Assembly (NCBI GenBank): GCA_965202815.1
Contig: CBDBCD010000002.1
Coordinates: 678,921 to 742,920, forward strand
Direction of reading: 5' to 3'
DNA: 64,000 nt
From: Dehalococcoidia bacterium
GTDB taxonomy: Bacteria; Chloroflexota; Dehalococcoidia; Lucifugimonadales; UBA1123
The notes beneath the pieces are model-generated. The model had not been told where the DNA came from. It saw only the letters and a list, made by a program, of their open reading frames with translations, and did no database searches. Below are positions 1-6,948 of this stretch, piece by piece. The translations under genes were made by a program, and so were the position numbers. The number at the start of each line of letters is the position of its first letter. Position 1 is the first letter of the stretch.

Positions 1-305
1 GCGACCCGCGCCGCATCGAAATCTGGTGCCACCTCATGGACGGACAGCTATATCTGGCCGCGTCCCCCGGCCCCCGTAGCTGGTACGCCAACCTCTACGC
101 CAATCCCGAAGTCACCCTGCACCTCAAGGACGACGTGAAGGCCGACATACCAGTCCGCGCCCGTCCAATCACCGGCGAGGACGAAAAGCGCGACGTGTTC
201 ACCCGTCTCAGCGCGCAGTCCGCTTTCCGCCAGGGCCAGGGCCTGGACGTAGAGACCTGGGTGCGCGGAAGCAAGCTCGTCGAACTGGTCCCGGAGGCGC
301 GCTGA
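1..305 (+). CDS. deazaflavin (F420)-dependent nitroreductase-family protein, C-terminal part (5' end outside window)
   Basis: Frame is open from the window edge to TGA 303-305. Translation DPRRIEIWCHLMDGQLYLAASPGPRSWYANL... resembles the DUF385/F420H2-dependent nitroreductase family. Confidence 0.55.
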   Translation, partial: DPRRIEIWCHLMDGQLYLAASPGPRSWYANLYANPEVTLHLKDDVKADIPVRARPITGEDEKRDVFTRLSAQSAFRQGQGLDVETWVRGSKLVELVPEAR

Positions 306-310
306 TCGCC

Positions 311-1087
311 ATGCGCACTCTCGACATTATGCGGGTCCAGATGGCTCTCTCCGATTCCGTCGTCGGAAACCGCATATACTACCAACAGATTACCGGCTCC
401 ACCATGGACGATGCGCGAGAGTTGGCCCGCGACGGTGAACGCGAGGGCGCGGTCGTCGTCGCGGAGGAGCAGAACAAGGGCAGGGGACGCTTCAACCGCG
501 TCTGGGTATCCCCGCCCGGTCTCAACCTCTACTTCACCGTGCTTCTCAGGCCGGAGCGAGACCAACTTCCATACATGAACATGGCAGCCGCCCTCGCCGT
601 ATTCGACACCGCCGCCGGTTTCGCTGGATTGAAGCCCGCAGTGAAGTGGCCCAACGATGTCCGAATAGGCGGCAGAAAGCTGTCCGGCATTCTCATCGAG
701 ACCGAGTTCGAGGGCGACAAACTCGTCCACGCTCTGGTCGGCATCGGCGTAAACGTAAACCTCGATGTGTCCGAGCATCCTGAGATAGCCGACACCGCCA
801 CGAGCCTTCGTTCCGAGGCAGGCCGCGAGTTCGACCGCTCCGAAGTTCTGTACTCCGTCCTTGCGAATCTCGATAGGTGGTACGCTTATGTGAGAGCGGG
901 CAAATCGCTCACCAATGACTGGGCCGCGACGCTGGAGACACTCGGAAAGCAGGTTGAACTCCGATGGCGCGACCAGATTCTCACTGGCGTCGCCGAATCA
1001 GTTGACGACCAGGGAAACCTGACCCTTTTCCAGCCCAACGGCGAGAGAGTAACGGTAGTAGCGGGCGAAGTAACATCCCAAGTATAA
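311..1087 (+). CDS. birA: biotin--[acetyl-CoA-carboxylase] ligase (no N-terminal HTH domain)
   Basis: 258 aa with the GRGRFNRVW biotin-ligase signature and KWPNDV motif. The size fits a group I BirA lacking the repressor domain. Confidence 0.85.
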   Translation: MRTLDIMRVQMALSDSVVGNRIYYQQITGSTMDDARELARDGEREGAVVVAEEQNKGRGRFNRVWVSPPGLNLYFTVLLRPERDQLPYMNMAAALAVFDTAAGFAGLKPAVKWPNDVRIGGRKLSGILIETEFEGDKLVHALVGIGVNVNLDVSEHPEIADTATSLRSEAGREFDRSEVLYSVLANLDRWYAYVRAGKSLTNDWAATLETLGKQVELRWRDQILTGVAESVDDQGNLTLFQPNGERVTVVAGEVTSQV

Positions 1088-1176
1088 TCATCCCGCACTG
1101 TCCTCTTGCTGGGCTACCGTCATTTATACGTCGAAAATCCCCTCTCCCTCGATGGGTGAGGATGAACTGCAATTCA

Positions 1177-1201
1177 GTCATTCCCGCGAAAGCGGGAATC
1201 C
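1177..1201 (+). repeat. GNRA-tetraloop hairpin repeat gtcATTCCCGCgaaaGCGGGAATcc, copy 1
   Basis: The 25-nt sequence is identical to 34129-34153. It forms an 8-bp perfect stem with a GAAA loop, is intergenic, and gives the VIPAKAGI pseudo-peptide. Confidence 0.7.
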
Positions 1202-1284
1202 ATCAGCAACCCATAAGTATTCATACCCTGAAAATCCAACATCCTGTAAATCCTGATTCAGACAACTATCCCGGAGAAGAAAAT

Positions 1285-2091
1285 ATGCTTGAAGAGAAGC
1301 TCAGCCTCGAAGGTAAGAGCGTAGTCATAACTGGCGGCGGCACCGGACTCGGCAGGGAAATGACCCTGGCCATGGCGCGAGCGGGCGCCGACCTCGTAAT
1401 CGCCTCCCGAAGACCCGGCCCCATCCAGGAAGTCGCCGATATGGTCTGCGAACTCGGACGAAAGGGCGTCGCTATCTCCACAGACGTTACCGACTCCGCC
1501 CAGGTCAACTCCCTCATGGAGTCCGCCATAGCCGAACTCGGCAAGGTGGACGTGCTGTTCAACAACGCCGGTATAGTCAGGGGCCAGGGCGCTACCCCGA
1601 TATGGGACATCTCGGACGAAGAGTGGCATCTCGGCATAGACACCAATATGTCCAGCGCGTTCTACTGCTCCCGCGCGATTGCCAGGCACATGGTCGAACG
1701 CGGCAGCGGCAAGATCATCAACCTGTCGTCGGGCTTCGGTTACAGGGGAGGACGCGACAACTATATGTACTGCGTCGGCAAGGGCGGGATCGTCCAGCTA
1801 ACGCGAACGCTTGCCACGAGCCTCAGCCGCTACGGGATTACAAGTACCTGCATAGTCCCGGGGTTCATCCCTACCGAGGGCACCGACGAGTCCAGGCTTA
1901 CGTTGCCCAGGGGAGAGTACATACCTATCGGCAGGGTGGGGCATCCCCACGAAATCGGGGCAATCGCCGTATTCCTGGCCTCGTCCGCGTCTGACTACAT
2001 GAACGGCGAAGCATTCGCCATAGACGGCGGCGGACTCGCGGGCGGCTACGCTCCAACCGGCCACGCCCCCGAAATCCCGCTGACGATATAG
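1285..2091 (+). CDS. SDR family oxidoreductase
   Basis: TGGGTGLG Rossmann motif and YxxxK (YMYCVGK). An internal ATG at 1285 with an upstream GGAGA was chosen; the longer ORF start at 1156 reads through an intergenic repeat. Confidence 0.85.
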   Translation: MLEEKLSLEGKSVVITGGGTGLGREMTLAMARAGADLVIASRRPGPIQEVADMVCELGRKGVAISTDVTDSAQVNSLMESAIAELGKVDVLFNNAGIVRGQGATPIWDISDEEWHLGIDTNMSSAFYCSRAIARHMVERGSGKIINLSSGFGYRGGRDNYMYCVGKGGIVQLTRTLATSLSRYGITSTCIVPGFIPTEGTDESRLTLPRGEYIPIGRVGHPHEIGAIAVFLASSASDYMNGEAFAIDGGGLAGGYAPTGHAPEIPLTI

Positions 2092-2175
2092 AGTATTCAG
2101 TAATCAGTTATAAGTTCTCAGTCGTTGCGCTGACAGGCTGACAGCATGAATACTGATAACTGTCAACTTAGAACT
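2092..2175. repeat. double heptamer array: 5 x AGTNNNN (2092-2126), tandem 8-mer gctgacag x2 (2129-2144), 4 x NNNAACT-type units (2148-2175)
   Basis: Read directly. Left arm: AGTATTC AGTAATC AGTTATA AGTTCTC AGTCGTT. Right arm: GAATACT GATAACT GTCAACT TAGAACT. The right units are reverse complements of the left unit type. Lies between two SDR genes. Confidence 0.65.
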
Positions 2176-2189
2176 AGACGAGGTAACTA

Positions 2190-2948
2190 ATGCCAATACC
2201 AAGCGAATGGGATCTGACAGGTAAGAAGGCGATCATAACGTCGGACAGCAGGGGCTGGACGCCATACTTCGCCGGCGCGCTGGCGGAAGCCGGCGCCGAC
2301 GTAGCGATTGCGGGCCTAGAGTCTTCCGATATGGCGGAAGCCACAAAAGCGGTCGAGAGCAACGGACGCAATGCCGTCGCGATCCCAACCGACCTGACCA
2401 ACGCGTCATCAGTCCGGGACATGGTTGCGAGCGCAGTCGAAGAATTGGGCGGCGTTGACATACTCGTGAACAACGCCCGCGCCGAGTTCGGCAAGCGCTT
2501 CGAACTGGTCACAGAAGACGAGTGGGACCGCTACATGGACTTCACGCTCAAGTCGGTGTTCCTGACTTGCCGCGCGGTCGGCGATCACATGCTGGAGCGG
2601 GGGGGCGGCCACATCGTCAATATAGGATCAGGCTTGTCCCAGCGCGGCCTCTGGAACTCCGTCGCCGCCTGCGCCGCCCAGGGCGCGATTCACCAGATCA
2701 CCTCCTCACTCGCCCTCGAATGGGGACGCCAGGGCATTCGCGTCAACGGAATCGGCGCGGGCTGGGTGACCCCTCAGGAGCCGTCCGAGGAGGACCAGAA
2801 AGAGCTCCTCGTCCGATACCTGCCCTCCCGTCGAAAGGGACACCCCAACGACCTGGCGACGCTCCTCGTCTATCTCTCATCCGACGCCTGCGACTTCGTA
2901 ACCGGCCAGACTATCTTCATAGACGGAGGCGCCCTAGCCCACGCCTAG
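2190..2948 (+). CDS. SDR family oxidoreductase
   Basis: 252 aa short-chain dehydrogenase fold (NNAR.., IVNIGS, C-terminal TGQTIFIDGG). GAGG lies 8 nt upstream of the ATG. Confidence 0.85.
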   Translation: MPIPSEWDLTGKKAIITSDSRGWTPYFAGALAEAGADVAIAGLESSDMAEATKAVESNGRNAVAIPTDLTNASSVRDMVASAVEELGGVDILVNNARAEFGKRFELVTEDEWDRYMDFTLKSVFLTCRAVGDHMLERGGGHIVNIGSGLSQRGLWNSVAACAAQGAIHQITSSLALEWGRQGIRVNGIGAGWVTPQEPSEEDQKELLVRYLPSRRKGHPNDLATLLVYLSSDACDFVTGQTIFIDGGALAHA

Positions 2949-2968
2949 ACGATACACCAGGAGGACTC

Positions 2969-3268
2969 ATGCCCGCGCGTATCCAAATCCCTCAAGACCA
3001 GATAGCTGAATTCTGCCAGCGCAATCATATCCGTCGTATGGCCCTGTTCGGCTCGGTCATACGCGACGATTTCACTCTCGAAAGCGACGTGGACATCTTG
3101 GTGGAATTTCAGCCTGGACGAACACCCGGATTCGCCTACTTCGACATGGAGAGGGATTTATCCGAGATCATCGGGCGGAAAGTGGACCTGAATACTCCAA
3201 GCGAGTTGAGCAAATACTTCCGCCAGGAAGTGCTCGCCGAAGCGGAGGAGATATATGTCGAGGCGTGA
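2969..3268 (+). CDS. nucleotidyltransferase-domain antitoxin (MNT of a HEPN/MNT module)
   Basis: LFGSVIRDDFTLESDVDILVEF is the GSxxRGxxxxxSDxD-type minimal nucleotidyltransferase motif. The ATG at 2969 follows a GGAGGA. Overlaps the downstream HEPN gene by 14 nt. Confidence 0.8.
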   Translation: MPARIQIPQDQIAEFCQRNHIRRMALFGSVIRDDFTLESDVDILVEFQPGRTPGFAYFDMERDLSEIIGRKVDLNTPSELSKYFRQEVLAEAEEIYVEA

Positions 3269-3611
3269 CCCCAGGGTGTACATCCACCATATGCTCGATC
3301 ACGCCGCCGAAGCGTTGGAGATGACGCGAGGTCGTTCACGAGCGGACTTGGATACGGACAGGATGCTGAACTTATCCCTTGTTCGCCTGATGGAAGTGCT
3401 CGGCGAAGCGTCCAGGCGGGTTCCCGTGGATTTCCGTTCCAGGTATCCCGATGTGCCTTGGCGTCATACTTCCGACCTTCGCAACCGTCTGATACATGCA
3501 TACGACGAAATCAATTTCGATACGCTCTGGGAGATCATTCGAGACGAAGTCCCCCCTCTGATAGAACAGCTAGAAGCCATCCTCGATGAGAACGGCAGGT
3601 TGCCGGGCTGA
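3255..3611 (+). CDS. HEPN/DUF86 toxin (HepT-like)
   Basis: 118 aa with the RNRLIHAY (Rx4HxY) HEPN RNase motif. Overlaps the MNT gene. Confidence 0.85.
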   Translation: MSRRDPRVYIHHMLDHAAEALEMTRGRSRADLDTDRMLNLSLVRLMEVLGEASRRVPVDFRSRYPDVPWRHTSDLRNRLIHAYDEINFDTLWEIIRDEVPPLIEQLEAILDENGRLPG

Positions 3612-3627
3612 AGTCGCGCCCATCCGG

Positions 3628-3975
3628 TCAGCCGACCAGCCTCGCGTCCAGCATCCTGAAAGCCCAATTCACCACGATGTCCGCGCCGAACAACGTCAAC
3701 ACGCACAGCAGCGGCAGCAGCGTTGCCATGCGGCTCTCCGCCTTTGGAAACGCCCTCCTCACCAAAGACACCAGAGGCTCGGTTAGGTGATAGATCAGCC
3801 ATTGGACATACGCGAAGAAACTGCCGGGTTTCGCGCGAATGAGCAGCAGCCCCGTCCTCATAGACAGCAAGAAGTACATGACGATCATCACAATGTCTAT
3901 CACGAACTTGACAGGCTGGAGTATTCCCGCTTCGGGGTCGTAGTTCGTCAGGTTTATCAGGGCTTCAGGGAACAA
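3628..3975 (-). CDS. YggT-like membrane protein (second copy, start uncertain)
   Basis: The C-terminal part of ORF 3628-4179 has a YggT-like layout (TEPLVSLVRRAFP, hydrophobic segments). The candidate TTG start at 3975 lies just after the upstream yggT stop. The longer ORF overlaps that gene out of frame. Confidence 0.5.
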   Translation of the reverse strand: MFPEALINLTNYDPEAGILQPVKFVIDIVMIVMYFLLSMRTGLLLIRAKPGSFFAYVQWLIYHLTEPLVSLVRRAFPKAESRMATLLPLLCVLTLFGADIVVNWAFRMLDARLVG

Positions 3976-3992
3976 CGCTAAGAGTGCGCGGA

Positions 3993-4259
3993 TTAGAGTA
4001 CCGCTACCAGAATACGCTGAATCACGATCAACAGGATCATGGCGACCATTGGCGACAGGTCTAGCATCCCCATCCTGGGCATGACCCTTCTGATGGGCTC
4101 TATGATCGGGTCCGTGATCTGATTGATCATCTGCCGAATTATGAAGAACGGACTCTCCGGGCTGGGCATAGGAAACCACGACATCAATGCCCTGGCCACT
4201 ATCGCTATCAGCAGTATATTGACCAGTATGTTGACGAACTGTAATAGGTAATTGGTCAA
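3993..4259 (-). CDS. yggT: YggT family membrane protein
   Basis: 88 aa; ARALMSWFP ... ITDPIIEPIRRVMP is the typical YggT/Ycf19 signature. Located next to proC, as in division/cell-wall (dcw) distal clusters. Confidence 0.85.
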   Translation of the reverse strand: MTNYLLQFVNILVNILLIAIVARALMSWFPMPSPESPFFIIRQMINQITDPIIEPIRRVMPRMGMLDLSPMVAMILLIVIQRILVAVL

Positions 4260-4260
4260 C

Positions 4261-5067
4261 CTATCCTCCCAGAGCCCGGGACTTTTCGTATGCCGCGCTG
4301 ACCGCCCCGAACACCGCGGCCCGAAATCCGCCGTCCTCGAACGCTTTCAGCGCCTCGATGGTCGTGCCGCCTGGCGACGTGACCATATCCTTGAGTTCCG
4401 CGGGGTGCTTCCCGCTGTCCTTGACTAGCTGCGTGCTGCCCAGCACCGTCTGAAGCGCCAACTGCCTGGAAACATCCCTCGCCAGTCCCAGATATACGCC
4501 CGCGTCTATCAGCGCCTCTATGAACAGGAATACGTAGGCGGGCCCGCTCGCGCTCAATGCGGTCGCCATGTCTATCATGCCTTCGTCGTAGGCATAGACC
4601 TCTTCGCCGAGCGTTTGCAGAATGCTCCGAGTGGTGTCCTTAGCCTCCTCGGAAACGGAGTCCGACGCCGTCCACATCGTCATTCCCGCCCCAATCTGCG
4701 CGGGCGTGTTCGGCATGACTCGTATCACCGGCTCGTGAACCAGTCCCGACGTGAGTGTCTTCATATTCGCTCCCGCCACTATGGACAATACGGTGTTGCC
4801 TGTGTCCAACTGACCGGCAAGCTGAGGGAAGACATACGGCAGACTCTGCGGCTTTACGGCGAGAACCGTTAGAGAGGCTCCATCCACCGCTTCCAGATTG
4901 TCGGAATGAGGCTTCAGCCCATAAGTATCTTCCAGATACTTGCGCCTGGACCCGACGGGTTCACCAACGCCGATGCTGTCCGCGGCGGCGATCCCTGCGT
5001 CCACTATTCCGCCGATGATGGCCTCGGCCATTACTCCGCCGCCTATAAATGCTATCTTCATGCCCAT
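4261..5067 (-). CDS. proC: pyrroline-5-carboxylate reductase
   Basis: IAFIGGGVMAEAI Rossmann motif and C-terminal SPGGTTIEAL motif. The start could be 5061 (MKIAF). Confidence 0.9.
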   Translation of the reverse strand: MGMKIAFIGGGVMAEAIIGGIVDAGIAAADSIGVGEPVGSRRKYLEDTYGLKPHSDNLEAVDGASLTVLAVKPQSLPYVFPQLAGQLDTGNTVLSIVAGANMKTLTSGLVHEPVIRVMPNTPAQIGAGMTMWTASDSVSEEAKDTTRSILQTLGEEVYAYDEGMIDMATALSASGPAYVFLFIEALIDAGVYLGLARDVSRQLALQTVLGSTQLVKDSGKHPAELKDMVTSPGGTTIEALKAFEDGGFRAAVFGAVSAAYEKSRALGG

Positions 5068-5109
5068 GATCCTGGTGTCTGCAATGCTAAGAATCGAGTC
5101 TTCGGTTCA

Positions 5110-5844
5110 TCACGAATTTCGCAGGCGGTTCGCGCCGCCGCCGCCGACCGGCCGGTCGAGATTGAACTTCTTCCCTGCCCGCGCTCCTCGGCTGTAACCG
5201 GACTTGCTGTGTCTCTGGCGGACGGTGTTCTTCCCGACTCTTCCGATCAGGTTTCCGACCGCGTCATTCAGGTCCTGCTCGCTTCTCAGCGCCAACGCGC
5301 GCGTTTGGCTGTCTTGCCGCGAGACCTGCTTATACTTCTCTTCGAGGCGTTGGACTACGACGTCAACCGCGCCGTTGTAGAACGAACTCTTCCAACTGCG
5401 GCCATGCTCACGCGTCCTGCCCCTCGCCCTCTCCCATGTCACATCCGCCAGCCGCGAGATTTCATACGAAAGATAGTCGTAGAAGTGCCTGACTATCTCG
5501 ATATTATGCTTCTGTCCCACTATCACCATCTTCGGAGTGCCCTGGTATCCGAACGCGGCGCACATGAGCGACCGCGCGATCCCGCTGAGCAGGATCCTGC
5601 GCCAGTTGATCATGTTGCCCGACGTCGCGCCAAGTTCGAGGTCTTCCCTGACGTACCTGTCGTCCACTTCAGGAGAATCTTCTTCGATATCCTCCATATC
5701 CAGGTTGTACTTCAGCAGTATCTCCTGGAGTTTGGCCGCGGCCGCGGCCGCCTCGCCGGGCGCCGACGACTCTGTCAGCGCCCTGACCTTCTGCAACCGC
5801 TGTATCAGGTCGCCGGTGATTTCAGTCGCGCTGGTGGTGGTCAT
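5110..5844 (-). CDS. DUF2786-domain protein
   Basis: The N-terminal LIQRLQKVRALTESSAPGEAAAAAAKLQEILLKYNL matches the DUF2786 pattern. Its ATG overlaps the pdxA stop (ATGA at 5841-5844). Confidence 0.6.
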   Translation of the reverse strand: MTTTSATEITGDLIQRLQKVRALTESSAPGEAAAAAAKLQEILLKYNLDMEDIEEDSPEVDDRYVREDLELGATSGNMINWRRILLSGIARSLMCAAFGYQGTPKMVIVGQKHNIEIVRHFYDYLSYEISRLADVTWERARGRTREHGRSWKSSFYNGAVDVVVQRLEEKYKQVSRQDSQTRALALRSEQDLNDAVGNLIGRVGKNTVRQRHSKSGYSRGARAGKKFNLDRPVGGGGANRLRNS

Positions 5845-6848
5845 TGGGGAAGTACGGAGTCGCTGGCCAGCGATACCGCCGTCCTGATGGACTCCAGCAT
5901 ACTCTCGGCATCGGCGATACCCTTGCCCGCGATGTCGAACGCGGTGCCGTGGTCCACCGAGGTCCGAATGAAGGGCAGGCCGAGATTGACGCTGACGCTC
6001 TTCGCCCAGTCATGCACCTTGATCGGGATGTGTCCCTGGTCGTGGTACATGGCGATTACGACGTCGAACTTGCCGTCAATCGCCTGGTTGAAAACCGTGT
6101 CCGCGGGCACGGGGCCGGTGGCGTCTATGCCCGCGTCGAGCGCGTCCGCCACCGCCGGCGCTATCTGTTTCGCCTCCTCGTCTCCCAGGAGACCGCCGTC
6201 GGATGCGTGCGGGTTGAGAGCCGCCACCCCTATCCTGGGACTGGCGAACCCCCATGCTCGGAAGCATTCGTCGGTCAGAGCGATCTTGCTGAGCACGTTG
6301 TCCCTGGTAACGTAGTCGCAGGCGACGCGGAGCGACCGGTGAGTGGTCAGGTGTACCACGCGAAGCGCGCCGGCCATTAGCATCGTGGCGACGTTCGGAG
6401 CCTTGGTCTGGCTCTGGAATATCTCCATGTGGCCTACGTCTTCAAATCCCGCGAGGTCGCACGCCTCTTTGTTGATAGGCGCGGTGGAAATCGCCGCGAT
6501 CCGCCCGCTGGCGGCCAGCTTCCCCGCCTGCAGGATCCACTCGACCGACGCGCGCCCCGCGATTGGAGACAACTCGCCGTATGAAATCTGCCCAAAGTCC
6601 AGATTCTCGGGATCCAGCACGTCAATCGAACCATGTTCCCCGTCCACGTCTTCGACGTCGTGGACGATGCGCGCCGAGCCGTTTGCTCCAATGAGGTCGA
6701 GCGCCGAGTTCATCGCCGCCGCGCTTCCCACGACGAATGGGCGACATTTCTCATACACCCACTCATCCTGAAGCGCCTTAGCGGTAACTTCCGCCCCGAT
6801 ACCTGCGGCGTCGCCCATCGTGATGGCGACAAGAGGTCGTTCGCTCAT
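5841..6848 (-). CDS. pdxA: 4-hydroxythreonine-4-phosphate dehydrogenase
   Basis: PLVAITMGDAAGIG, HLTTH, AALNPHA and IRTSVDHGTAFD motifs. The ATG at 6848 (MSERPL) follows a GGAGA; the longer ORF start at 6956 was rejected. Confidence 0.85.
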   Translation of the reverse strand: MSERPLVAITMGDAAGIGAEVTAKALQDEWVYEKCRPFVVGSAAAMNSALDLIGANGSARIVHDVEDVDGEHGSIDVLDPENLDFGQISYGELSPIAGRASVEWILQAGKLAASGRIAAISTAPINKEACDLAGFEDVGHMEIFQSQTKAPNVATMLMAGALRVVHLTTHRSLRVACDYVTRDNVLSKIALTDECFRAWGFASPRIGVAALNPHASDGGLLGDEEAKQIAPAVADALDAGIDATGPVPADTVFNQAIDGKFDVVIAMYHDQGHIPIKVHDWAKSVSVNLGLPFIRTSVDHGTAFDIAGKGIADAESMLESIRTAVSLASDSVLPQ

Positions 6849-6948
6849 AGGCCGAATGTCTCCTCTGCATTGTAAAACTGAGCCAGCCTGCTTGGTGTAG
6901 GCTGGCTCAGTCCCATTGTACCACCAAACGCGACGCGACTGGCGGGCA

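Noticed and set aside
1143-1156. A 14-mer, tctccctcgatggg, is shared with 48996-49009. A 16-mer, gaaaatcccctctccc, is shared between 1133-1148 and 15517-15532.
   Set aside because: Exact matches of 14-16 nt are expected by chance at about the observed number in a window of this size. They are mentioned only as weak support for the hairpin-element families, not as independent evidence.
1156-1284. Longer N-terminal extensions offered by the ORF track: 1156 for the SDR, 2522 for the MNT gene, 6956 for pdxA, 14076 for rsmH, 10246 for nrdR, 46107 for GPP34 and 28620 for the GNAT.
   Set aside because: The extensions read through repeats or neighbouring genes, lack family similarity, and internal starts give canonical N-termini, often with an SD sequence.
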